Made by a program: the position numbers and the translations under genes. Positions 38,478 to 48,430 of a stretch of 64,000 bases of DNA are shown here, piece by piece. Numbering within the stretch: the first letter of the stretch is position 1; every line of letters begins with the position of its first letter. The stretch covers positions 160,001 to 224,000 of the forward strand of contig CAVSFC010000002.1 in assembly GCA_963727255.1 (NCBI GenBank), written 5' to 3'. The stretch comes from an uncultured bacterium. Its GTDB lineage: Bacteria > Babelota > Babeliae > Babelales > Vermiphilaceae. The notes beneath the pieces were generated by a model, which saw only the letters and a program-made list of their open reading frames with translations, searched no databases and was not told where the DNA came from.

Positions 38478-41180
38478 TCAGCCTTCTTGCCTTCGCACGT
38501 ACCATTTACGAAGCTCTTCAAGCCATAGTATCGATGAGCTGATTACCGCGACAAAAATCCATTGATACATATTGAGCGGCTGCGTAGCAAATATCTTCTG
38601 AAGAAACGGAACATGCAATAAGAGCACTTGCAAAATAAAAACTATTGCCAGTGCTAAAAGCAGCCAACGATTGCTCAAAAGGCCTATTTGGAAAATTGAT
38701 TTTGTATCGGACCGGCAATTCCAGGCATTAAACCACTGGAACATTCCCAAGGTTACCAAGGTCATCGTGCGGCCAAGTAGTATATCGTTTTGGCTATAAA
38801 GAACAAACACAAAAAGAGCCCCCAATGCCATGGGTATAGCTGCAAACACTATTCTGCCCAACATGCTCAAATCTATTAATCTCAAATGGCCCGATTTTAG
38901 CCATTTTTGCTCAAACAATAATCCTTTTTCTTTTTTTTCCAGTGCCAATGCGCTATCAAGAAAGCCATCGGTTATCAAGTTGAGCCAAAGAATCTGTGCC
39001 GCAGTAAGTGGAAAAAGAAGGCCTAAAGATGGATAGCCCAGAGCTAAAATAAAAGCAAAAAAAATAATTAAAATCTCTGCCAAATTCGTTGAAAAGAAAT
39101 ATGCAATTACCCGCCGCAACGTATAAATAGTATGCCGGCCCTCTTCTATTGCATGTATAATATTTACAACAGAGTCATCAAGCAAAATTATATCTGAAGC
39201 TTCTTTAGCAACTTCGGTTCCAATACCTCCCATGCCGATTCCGATATCTGCGGCGACCAACGATGGGGCATCATTAATCCCATCTCCCGTCATCGCTACA
39301 GTAAGATTATGGGCATGGAGCGCTCTAATCAGCCTCAGTTTTTGCTCCGGGCTTACGCGTGAAAATACCGTGGCATGGCAAATCAGATCGTTTAATTGTT
39401 GATCCGAAAGCTTATCGAGTTCCGGCCCATCAATTGCTTCATCTCCATCCTTATAAATTCCAACCTGCTGAGCAATTGCAAGTGCGGTTCTTTGATGATC
39501 ACCCGTTGCCATAATGATCTGAAATCCTGCCCTTCGTGCTTTTGTAATCGTTGCTGGCGCCTCCGATCTGATTGAATCTTCAATCCCGCATAACCCTAAA
39601 AATGTAATATCACTCGAGACCAATTGCACAAAAAAAATAGCTCTCTCTTGATCGTTGGCTGAATGGCCCGGAATGGATGCAGCATTAAATTTTTTAACAC
39701 CAATTCCAATAACCCTTAATCCAGAGGAAAGAAAATCACTCAATGCCAGCTGCGCCTGCAAGCTCGATGAGCCAACCATATGAAAAATGCGTTCGGGTGA
39801 ACCCGCAATAAAAGCTATCCCTTGGCCATCCCTAATAAAAAAAGCAGCATGATATGTATGCTCAGCTTCAAATGGAAGTTCATATATTTTTTGAAATTCA
39901 TGTTCCAACTGTTCAGAATTAATGCCCATCTTTTGAGAAAAAACAAAAAGCGCTGCCTCAGTTGGATCACCGGTAATAGAAAAAGTTCCTTGCCCAGAAA
40001 TACGGGTAATTGTGGCTGTATTCAATAAGCTTAATCCTTGAGCCATCATGAAAAGATCGGTCCCCGGAGAAAGGGGGACTTGTTGAGCATCTAAAAATAA
40101 TGAACCTTCCGAATAATAACCTTTTCCTGAAACCGTATATGTTGTATCATCTGCAAATACACGGCACACAATCATTTCATTACGCGTAAGAGTGCCGGTT
40201 TTATCAATAACAATCACATTTGCATGGCCCAATCCTTCAACCGCTTGCATATTTTTTACGAGCACTCGCTGTTTTGCCATATGATAAACACCATTAACCA
40301 AAACTAGTGTTAAAACAACCGGCAATCCTTCGGGAATAACGCAAATAAAGAGCGCGGTTAGCATCACAGCCAGTTCTTTTAAGGGCTGGCCCCCCATTAA
40401 ACCAACTAAAAAAAGAAATCCGCAAACCCCTACAATGAAATAAAGAATCCACCATGATAATCGAGCCATTTCATGTGCAAGCGGCACATCAGTTTGACTT
40501 TGTTGGACTGACTCATGAATTTTACCAATTTCAGTCATGCTTCCTGTTGCCACAACTACCGCATGCCCCGATCCTGAAAGAATATACGTGCCGCAAAAGA
40601 TCATATTATTTCGTTCTGCCAAGGGTAAATCACTGGCCAAAGAAGCAGCTATTTTTAGTATGGGGTTTGATTCACCGGTAAGCATGGCTTCATCTATTCG
40701 CAAATTATTCGATTCAATAATACGAGCATCCGCAGGAACCCTCTGGCCCTCTTGAACTAAGATAATATCTCCCGGCACTAATTGAGCAGCATTAATAACT
40801 ACTTTCTTGCCATCGCGCATTACAATACAATCCTGGACAATGAAATGCCTTAGGCTCAACAACATTTTTCTGGTTCGCCCTTCCTGGATAGTTCCAACAA
40901 TCGCATTGAACAACAAGATCCCAAAAATGATAAAGGCATCAAGCCGATCATTCGCAAAAAAATAAATAAGTCCGGCAGCCACGATTAATATATAAATAAG
41001 CGGGCTTGCAAACTGAGAAATAAAAACCCATATCCATGAGGGTTGGGGGGGCTTGGAGAGCTCATTGGGCCCATATTTTAATAAAAGAGCATGAGCATGT
41101 TTGCTGGATAATCCTTTTTTACCATCGGTATGGAGCGCTTGTAACAGTTCTACAATTTCTATCTGATATACTTGCTTCAT
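38478..41180 (-). CDS. P-type cation-transporting ATPase (P2A/Ca2+-like)
   Basis: YGPNEL, LTGES, PEGL, DKTGTLT, TGD, MTGDGINDAPSL, QILWLNL. Confidence 0.93.
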   Translation of the reverse strand: MKQVYQIEIVELLQALHTDGKKGLSSKHAHALLLKYGPNELSKPPQPSWIWVFISQFASPLIYILIVAAGLIYFFANDRLDAFIIFGILLFNAIVGTIQEGRTRKMLLSLRHFIVQDCIVMRDGKKVVINAAQLVPGDIILVQEGQRVPADARIIESNNLRIDEAMLTGESNPILKIAASLASDLPLAERNNMIFCGTYILSGSGHAVVVATGSMTEIGKIHESVQQSQTDVPLAHEMARLSWWILYFIVGVCGFLFLVGLMGGQPLKELAVMLTALFICVIPEGLPVVLTLVLVNGVYHMAKQRVLVKNMQAVEGLGHANVIVIDKTGTLTRNEMIVCRVFADDTTYTVSGKGYYSEGSLFLDAQQVPLSPGTDLFMMAQGLSLLNTATITRISGQGTFSITGDPTEAALFVFSQKMGINSEQLEHEFQKIYELPFEAEHTYHAAFFIRDGQGIAFIAGSPERIFHMVGSSSLQAQLALSDFLSSGLRVIGIGVKKFNAASIPGHSANDQERAIFFVQLVSSDITFLGLCGIEDSIRSEAPATITKARRAGFQIIMATGDHQRTALAIAQQVGIYKDGDEAIDGPELDKLSDQQLNDLICHATVFSRVSPEQKLRLIRALHAHNLTVAMTGDGINDAPSLVAADIGIGMGGIGTEVAKEASDIILLDDSVVNIIHAIEEGRHTIYTLRRVIAYFFSTNLAEILIIFFAFILALGYPSLGLLFPLTAAQILWLNLITDGFLDSALALEKKEKGLLFEQKWLKSGHLRLIDLSMLGRIVFAAIPMALGALFVFVLYSQNDILLGRTMTLVTLGMFQWFNAWNCRSDTKSIFQIGLLSNRWLLLALAIVFILQVLLLHVPFLQKIFATQPLNMYQWIFVAVISSSILWLEELRKWYVRRQEG

Positions 41181-41211
41181 GTAAATGCTTTCCAAGGAAA
41201 ATTTGATTCCC

Positions 41212-41312
41212 CCGTTCGTCTCGATCCTTTGACAATCTCAGGATGAGCGGGAAGGACGCGTTTACTCCCGAGTGATAGTCGAAGGACTTGGCGAAGGCTG
41301 GGAAGCGAACGG
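41212..41312. repeat. Palindromic intergenic repeat (REP/MITE-like)
   Basis: CCGTTCG...CGAACGG termini; internal TCCTTTGAC..CTCAGGATGAGCGG and GTCGAAGGA. Confidence 0.65.
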
Positions 41313-41353
41313 TTTAACAAGATTAAAGAGTATGAAATTTAGACCAGAACATC

Positions 41354-41474
41354 AATGAAGTTATGATATAAGACGCGCGGGAGAATAGATTTATGATTGC
41401 ACCTTGTTGTTCACCCCACTCCCCTTCAGAGTCTTCCCATCGCATGCCCCCGCGCCCGTCTTCAAGAACTCATT
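41354..41474 (-). ncRNA. Candidate structured ncRNA or 5' leader (~120 nt)
   Basis: GC-rich long-range stem AAGACGCGCGGG / CCCGCGCCCGTCTT extended by AATGAAGTT / AACTCATT. TTGCAA-N18-TACAGT promoter-like site just upstream on the minus strand. Confidence 0.35.
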
Positions 41475-41635
41475 ATCACTGTAAGCCCTTGCATGGCTCA
41501 TTTGCAAAGATTTTGAGAAAAGTCACGAGAAAAGGGCTCAGAAATCATACTTTTTGAAAATTAAAAAAGTATTCGTTGCTCTAAACTTTACAGCGCTCTT
41601 TATATTTTTTTAGGCTTTAAGAAAAAAGGGGAATC

Positions 41636-41905
41636 ATGTATTTAAAAAAAATATTTTTTCTGTTGATGCTCTTTTGTATACAGATATGCGATGGCAAATG
41701 CAATCGATCGGATCGATCGCATGTAAACGAAAATGTGCTGCGATGCACCTATCATCAAGAAGATATTTTTCGCTGCTATCGCGAGAAAAGATGTTGCTAC
41801 AATAATGAACAACGCAGAAGAGAATGTTTTTTTTGCGGATGCCCTATTGAAGAACATACAAAATTAAAGAACGGCAAGAAAAAATCGTGCAAAGTAAAGA
41901 AATAA
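41636..41905 (+). CDS. Small secreted Cys-rich basic protein
   Basis: AAGGGG RBS; signal peptide; CFFCGCPIEEH motif; Lys-rich tail. Confidence 0.6.
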   Translation: MYLKKIFFLLMLFCIQICDGKCNRSDRSHVNENVLRCTYHQEDIFRCYREKRCCYNNEQRRRECFFCGCPIEEHTKLKNGKKKSCKVKK

Positions 41906-42167
41906 CTGCCCCATCCCCCATTTGCCCATCTTTTGACCCCTTAACCAAGCTCTAAAACCCCCCCGGTATCTCCCTATTTACGGCCAGATGAGCCTCATTT
42001 CTCTACCTTTTATAGGGTTTTCTACTAAATCCAACTCCCCCGCCCAAATGCAGGATTTTTATCGCTTTGAACCTTATATATTTCTATTTGACATTTAAAG
42101 CATCGTTTTGCTAAGCTGTTATTAGAGTATAAACGTATAAAACCCCTAGTAGTAAAGAGGAAAAACG

Positions 42168-42788
42168 ATGAAAAAGCAATTATTAGCAATACTAGCCCTT
42201 GTGGCAATAACCATGGCTGGCTACATCCAAGCTCAAAAATCAATTGTGTATAACGATACCTATAAATTTGATCTGTATAAATATCTTACTGCTAAAGATA
42301 TCAATGATCTCAAGGCAGTTAAGACTTTTACCTTAACCAACGTTGATAAATTTGCTAAGCCGGGATCCCCTCAAGTATTAATCGATGCAAATGGCAACAT
42401 CTGGGCCAAAAAAACAGGCGCATTTTTTACGGGGACTTCAAGTAGAGGTTATGAAACCTGGAATATAGTAGCCATACCCGCGATACAGCCAACTTCAGCT
42501 ACAGGCAGAACTGCTGCAGCAGAACCGTCAAGAACGCCAATGGAAGCTATGACAGTTTTCGAAAATCGTGCATATACCGGCGGATCAACGCCAAACAGAA
42601 CTGATATAAAAGAGGCAGCGCTGAAGGCCAAACAGGAAAAAGAAAATGAATATAACCTCATCCTGAAACAACGGGAAGCAGAAGCCCAATCGATTGACCA
42701 AGCCCTAAAAAATACGGGATCAGATGGTTCTACTTATTCTGCTGAGAGCACAGATCCATTAAATTGGGTAACTCCAGGAAATTTTTAA
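42168..42788 (+). CDS. Secreted protein with shared N-terminal domain, member 1
   Basis: Signal peptide + QKSIVYNDTYKFD...GYETWNI domain + short charged tail. Confidence 0.8.
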   Translation: MKKQLLAILALVAITMAGYIQAQKSIVYNDTYKFDLYKYLTAKDINDLKAVKTFTLTNVDKFAKPGSPQVLIDANGNIWAKKTGAFFTGTSSRGYETWNIVAIPAIQPTSATGRTAAAEPSRTPMEAMTVFENRAYTGGSTPNRTDIKEAALKAKQEKENEYNLILKQREAEAQSIDQALKNTGSDGSTYSAESTDPLNWVTPGNF

Positions 42789-42852
42789 AAGAACACAGTA
42801 GGAAGAAGTTAGAAGCTAAGTATTGGATGGCATGAAGAAAGAGGGAAAAAAT

Positions 42853-44253
42853 ATGAAGAAACAATTAATAGCAGTGGCCATATTATTGGCAATTGCAGCC
42901 AGCATCAATGCGATGCAGGGACAAAAATCTATCGCGTATAACGATACCTATCAATTTGACGTTTATAAATATCTTACCGCTCAAGATCTTAATGATCTGA
43001 AACAGGCCAAATCTTTTATATTAACCAACGTTGATAAATTTGCTAAGCCCGGATCTCCGCAAGAATTGCGTGATGCGAATGGCAACGTTTGGGCCAAAAA
43101 AACCGGTGCCTTTTTTAGGGGGACTTCAAATCGAGGTTATGAAACATGGAATATCATTGCTACGCCTGCTATTTCTGCAGGGCGAACACCAGCAGTGGCA
43201 CCAAGAGAAACTGCCGCTCCTAACAGAGTGCTGCAAACAACTGAAATTACTTTCACGCCTGGCTCTGCGCCGTTGATAGCCAAAACAGAAAAAGTTCCCG
43301 CGGTTCAACCACAAAAAACCACTTCGGTGACTGTTATTCCTCAAAAAGCCAAATTGGAATCAGTTCAATCAGCCGCACCAAGAATATTACAACAACCTGA
43401 GATTACGATGGCTCCCACAGCTACTCAATTGATTGCGCAAAGAGGAATAGTTCCAGTTGTTCAGCCTCAGAAAGCAACTCAAGTGACTCTTTCTCCCGCT
43501 ATAGAATTAAGGGCAACAAAAGAGACAGTTCCGGCGCAGGTTTTTGAAACCGAGGAAACCATGATTCAGCTAAAGAAAAAGCCAGAACTAAAACCAGTTG
43601 AGATCACCATGGTTCCAACAGCTTCGATAGCTAAACGCGAAATAGTTCCAGCAGTTCAACCACAAAAAGCAGTTCAAGATATTTATGAAGAAGTACAAGC
43701 AATAAAAGAAACAGTTCCAGCGCAGGTTTTTGAAAAAGAGGAAACTACCCTTCAGCTCGAGCCAAAGCTAGCTCAACCAGCGCAAGAGTCTCCGTTTAAG
43801 GGATTGGCCCAAAAACTTGCTGCAGGCATGAAGTCAACATTTCAGCAAACTCCAGCATTCCAAGCTGCGTACTATAATGCAATTAATCAAGGGGACACCA
43901 AAGCATTATCTAGTCTTCTTGCCAGAAGAGCAAATCCTAATATAGTCCTAGATCAAAATAACAATAAACGAAATCCCTTAGAGATCGCCTTGGAATCCAA
44001 TATTCCTGAAGACAAGAAAATTGCTATCCTCGATGCATTAATTGATGCAGGTGCGGATAAACAGATCCTTAATAAGTTCTTAGCTAATTCAGCCAGAACA
44101 GGGCAAGTAAAGATAGTAAAATGGCTGCTTGATCACGGTGCTACAGAAAATCTTAATGATGCACTCCGGGAAACGGAGGAGATGCTGGCCAAAAATCCGC
44201 AGAGCATTCAATTTAAAACTATTTTAGAACTTATATATGAGAAAAAAATATAA
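42853..44253 (+). CDS. Secreted protein with shared N-terminal domain, member 2 (Pro/Gln/Thr repeats + ankyrin-like C-terminus)
   Basis: Shared domain; 3x EIT..P...VP.VQPQK; 2x KETVPAQVFE; NPLEIAL...LIDAGAD, GQVKIVKWLLDHGA. Confidence 0.8.
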   Translation: MKKQLIAVAILLAIAASINAMQGQKSIAYNDTYQFDVYKYLTAQDLNDLKQAKSFILTNVDKFAKPGSPQELRDANGNVWAKKTGAFFRGTSNRGYETWNIIATPAISAGRTPAVAPRETAAPNRVLQTTEITFTPGSAPLIAKTEKVPAVQPQKTTSVTVIPQKAKLESVQSAAPRILQQPEITMAPTATQLIAQRGIVPVVQPQKATQVTLSPAIELRATKETVPAQVFETEETMIQLKKKPELKPVEITMVPTASIAKREIVPAVQPQKAVQDIYEEVQAIKETVPAQVFEKEETTLQLEPKLAQPAQESPFKGLAQKLAAGMKSTFQQTPAFQAAYYNAINQGDTKALSSLLARRANPNIVLDQNNNKRNPLEIALESNIPEDKKIAILDALIDAGADKQILNKFLANSARTGQVKIVKWLLDHGATENLNDALRETEEMLAKNPQSIQFKTILELIYEKKI

Positions 44254-44290
44254 ATAATCTATTTTGCAAGAAATAAAAAAAAGGAGAAAA

Positions 44291-45220
44291 ATGAAGAAGC
44301 AATTAATAGTTATGGCGATCACACTAATCATAACAACCAGCATCAATGCAATGCAGGGTCAGAAATCTATCGCTTATAATGATCAATATAAATTTGATGT
44401 CTATAAATATCTCACGGCTAAAGATCTCAATGATCTCAAGCCCGGTAAAACTTTCACATTAACCAATGTGGATAAATTTGCTAAGCCGGGATCGCCGCAA
44501 GAATTACGTGATGCAAATGGCAACGTTTGGGCCAAAAAAACAGGAGCCTTTTTTACTGGAACTTCGAATAGAGGCTCCGAAACATGGAATATCATTTCTA
44601 CGCCTGCTATTACTGCAGGGCGAACTCCAGCAGTGGCACCAAGAGAAACTGAAGCTGCAGTAGTAAAAACAGCAGTGCAACCACCGTCAGAAGCTCTTGG
44701 AAAAGCAAAAAATAACGAAGAAATTCTTCTTACTTATAAAGGAATAATTGATTCATTTAAAAAGAGTGATGCAAGGGCTTTGATTAGAAACTTAGATAGA
44801 ATGCCTGAAAAGATATCGAATGAAGCAGAAGAATATATGAAGAAATCAGGAATAACCAACGATCAACTCATGGAAGCACTTATAGCTGCAAGTCCAGAAA
44901 TGCAAGTTACGTTTTTCAAATACATTACCAAAGATGATAATCCTGGAGCTTCCGATGCAGAAGTTTCAAGAATTGTACTAAGAAAGGCAATGCAAGATAA
45001 AAAAATGCTTCCATCAATCAAATGGTTAATTGAGAAAGAGAAAGTTAAAGATATAACAGGCGAAGTATTAAATGCAGCGGTAAAAAATAACTTCTATGAA
45101 GCCGCTCAACTTCTTGTAGACAATGGTGCAAAAATCACCGATGAAACTCGAGCACAAGCTGCTCGTATGGCAAAATATGACGGCGATAACCGATATCAAA
45201 AACTGCTCGCTGGCAAGTAA
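44291..45220 (+). CDS. Secreted protein with shared N-terminal domain, member 3 (one ankyrin-like module)
   Basis: Shared domain; LNAAVKNNFYEAAQLLVDNGA. Confidence 0.8.
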   Translation: MKKQLIVMAITLIITTSINAMQGQKSIAYNDQYKFDVYKYLTAKDLNDLKPGKTFTLTNVDKFAKPGSPQELRDANGNVWAKKTGAFFTGTSNRGSETWNIISTPAITAGRTPAVAPRETEAAVVKTAVQPPSEALGKAKNNEEILLTYKGIIDSFKKSDARALIRNLDRMPEKISNEAEEYMKKSGITNDQLMEALIAASPEMQVTFFKYITKDDNPGASDAEVSRIVLRKAMQDKKMLPSIKWLIEKEKVKDITGEVLNAAVKNNFYEAAQLLVDNGAKITDETRAQAARMAKYDGDNRYQKLLAGK

Positions 45221-45671
45221 GGATTGAGCAATTAGATTAAAAAATTAGGAGAAAAATGAAGAAACAATTAATAGTTATGGCGATCACACTGATCATGACA
45301 ACCAGCATCAATGCAATGCAGGGTCAGAAATCTATCGCTTATAATGATCAATATAAATTTGATGTCTATAAATATCTCACGGCTAAAGATCTCAATGATC
45401 TCAAGCCCGGTAAAACTTTCACATTAACCAATGTGGATAAATTTGCTAAGCCGGGATCGCCGCAAGAATTACGTGATGCAAATGGCAACGTTTGGGCCAA
45501 AAAAACAGGAGCCTTTTTTACTGGAACTTCGAATAGAGGCTCCGAAACATGGAATATCATTGCTACGCCTGCTATTACTGCAGGACGAACTCCAGCAGTG
45601 GCACCAAGAGAAACTGAAGCTGCAGTAGTAAAAACAGCAGTGCAACCACCGTCAGAATCTCTTGGAAAAGC
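44291..45671 (+). repeat. ~416-bp near-identical direct repeat (44291-44706 vs 45256-45671)
   Basis: About six mismatches by eye across the 5' ends of members 3 and 4. Confidence 0.9.
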
Positions 45672-47804
45672 GAAAACCAAAGAAGAGATTGTTCTTGCTT
45701 ATAAAGCGGCAATTGATGCATTTAAAAATAATGACGTTAAGGCCTTGATTAGAAACTTCGATAGACTCCCCGAAAATATGCCCCAAGGCGGTGAAGAATA
45801 CTTGGCGAAATCAGGGATAACCGACGACACAATAATGAACGCAATTAAGGCTGCACATCCCGAAACACAAGTTGCGTTTTTTAAATACGTAACCAAAAAA
45901 GAAAACCCTAAAGCTTATGATGAAGAGATTGCAAGACTCACACTCAAAAGGGCAATGTATGGCAAAGATAAAGAAATGTTGCTTCCAGCAATCAAATGGC
46001 TGCTCGAAAAAGAGAAAGTTAAAGACATAAATGGTGAAGCATTAGGAGAAGCAATAGATAGCGGTTTCTATGAAGCGGCCAAGCTTCTTAAAGAAAATGG
46101 ATCACCAGTTACTGCATATGCTAAATCTAGTGCGGAAAGAATGTTCAGAAATAAAAAAGACGACCGATTTTTAAAACTTTTGGGTATTAATCTGCCAGCA
46201 GCCCAAACTCAAGCGGCTCCTGCATCTGCCCCAGTAACTGCAGCCGCGACACCTGCAGCAGTAGTATCGGCAGCAGCAGCTCCAGCAAAAGTTATATCTT
46301 TAGATGAAGAGGCGCAAAAAATAATAGACGCTATTAAGACAGCTACTAAAGCCGCTTTAAAGAATGATGCAAAAAGCACACTTGAAAATTACAAGCAGTT
46401 CGCACTGCTAGGAAGCTTGAATCAACTTGTACAAACAGCACTTAAAAGAAACCCTGAATATATTACTGCAATTGAAAACTTCAGAAAAGCAATGGCATCG
46501 GCACATCCCTCTCTAAAAGTTGTGCTTGTCAAATACAATAATAAGCTTGAAAATCCTGGACTTTCTGATGAAGAAAACTCAAGAATGTTATTACAGGATC
46601 TCGTAAGTGCGAGAGACCAAAAAGAGAATCTTCCATTAATTAAAGAACTTATCGAGAACCAAAAGGTAAAAGATCTAACCGGCGATATTTTAAATGCAGC
46701 ACTCGATAATGACTTCCCTGAGGCCGTTGAGCTTCTAATAAAGAGTGGCGCAAAAATCACTGATTTTGCACGTGACTATGCAATAAATCCTAAATATCAA
46801 AAGCTATTTGCTGGAACTTCTGCGGCAACTACAGCACCCACTACAGCCACAGGGGTTCCGACTAATAAAGAAATTATCGCTATCTTTCAAGATGTTGCTA
46901 AAGCAATTCAGAATAATGATATTCAAGGCATACTCGCAAACTATGCACAATTACCAACGGGAAAAATAACCCCCGATTTTCAAAAATTAATGGAAAGCAC
47001 TGGCATGGGAGATAAACTAGAAAAAGCATATAAAGGCGCGAATCAAGAAACCAAAACCGCTTTTTGGAAAGCTGACATCAACAAGAAAATCCCATTCTTC
47101 AAGGAGCAAGACTTTCAACCCAATTACTTTTAGATGCGGTAAATGAGACGGATGCCAAATTACTCGAATTCATGCTTATGCAAAAAAATATTAAAGACGC
47201 TACTGGCGCAGCATTAGAACAGGCGATAAAAAATAATTTCTATGAAGGAGCTGAACTTCTGATAAAAAATGGTTCTCCAAAGACACAAGCGGCTATAGAT
47301 GCGGCTAATGCAGCTGCCCTCAAGGATGATCGATACCAGAAGCTTCTGGGAATCGCGCCTTCGCAGCCATTAGTCGGAAAAATGGCAGACGCACAAAAAG
47401 ATGACGAATTCAAAAAGGCGATTGAATCCGGCAATTTCGAAGAAATAAAGAGACTTATTGCAGCAGGCACCTCAGCTGAAAAATTCAAAGCAACTGCTTC
47501 CAATACCCCTCTCGTCATTTTGCTAACAGCAAAAATACCTGCAATCAAAAGATACAAATCACTGAATATCTCCTTTTAAAGGGCGCTGATAAAGACAAAA
47601 GAGCGCGTAACCTGCGCACTCGCAAATGCGGCTGCTGACTTTAGATCGGGACTCGGTAAGAGTGCTCTTATTAGGGGAGCAAATGATGCTAGTGGTGCGG
47701 CACGGCAAGCTGCAAAATTAATAGCTGATGATTTCATGCAATCGGCTGAGAATCGAGATAAAGCTAAATCAATTATCGAATTAATTGAGCATTACATTAA
47801 ATAG
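45256..47804 (+). CDS. Secreted protein with shared N-terminal domain, member 4 (three ankyrin-like modules + terminal module; frameshifts near 47085 and 47545-47670)
   Basis: ORFs 45256..47133 and 47172..47579 join via ENPILQGARLSTQLLLDAV in a shifted frame; probable stop TAG at 47804. Confidence 0.7.
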
Positions 47805-47855
47805 ATCTGCGGAAATTCTGTAAAATAAAGACCGTGTGTTTAAATGGAGAAAACG

Positions 47856-48287
47856 ATGAAAAAATTATTATTAACACTATTTGCCTTATTGGCAATTGCA
47901 AATACTGAGCATGCGATGCAAAAAACACCAGTTGATGTGATATCTCAAAATGTAACACCACTTTGGCGCGCAGTTTACAATAATGGCAAAGATACAGATA
48001 GCACAAGTCTTAAACTTGTACATGAACTCATTGCCCAAGGCGCTAATCCAAACATAGAGTTGCCTTCTTCTTCACCTATGGAGATCGCATTCATACGCCT
48101 TACCCAACGTGGCCTGGATCCTGTAGAAGCTCAAAGACGAATAGAAGTACTAAAAATACTTTTAAGCAAAGGCGCAGAACCCAAATCAAAACGATGGAAT
48201 TTAGTAACATTGGTTAATAATATGCCAGAATCAAGCCACAAAAAAGAGCTTCTTTCTATTTTAAAAACCCACGGTTTATCAAAATAA
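47856..48287 (+). CDS. Secreted ankyrin-like protein
   Basis: Signal ...EHA|MQK; TPLWRAV...LIAQGANPN; LKILLSKGA. Confidence 0.75.
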   Translation: MKKLLLTLFALLAIANTEHAMQKTPVDVISQNVTPLWRAVYNNGKDTDSTSLKLVHELIAQGANPNIELPSSSPMEIAFIRLTQRGLDPVEAQRRIEVLKILLSKGAEPKSKRWNLVTLVNNMPESSHKKELLSILKTHGLSK

Positions 48288-48430
48288 ATCTAATAAGAGC
48301 TTCTAAATATGAACTTGACTGGTTTTAAAAGCCGAGTTCGCACTTCGAGGCTCTAACCTAAAGTGGTAGACTGGCCGTGCTAGGCGTAGCCGCGTTTATA
48401 CTTCGAAGCTTAACCCACGCAGGCGAAGAC

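Noticed and set aside
41330..41430. yybP-ykoY Mn2+ riboswitch upstream of the P-type ATPase (AAGGGGAGT on minus strand)
   Set aside because: Only the 5' motif matches; the downstream conserved elements (GUC..CA.U loop, closing AGACC) are not visible.
41354..41474. SRP RNA or 6S RNA
   Set aside because: No SRP helix-8 CAGG..GNRA..AGCAG motif; shorter than typical 6S and no clear terminal stem.
42168..47804. Diversity-generating retroelement or classical polymorphic toxin locus
   Set aside because: No reverse transcriptase, repeat differences are not adenine-specific, and there are no immunity genes or recognisable toxin domains.
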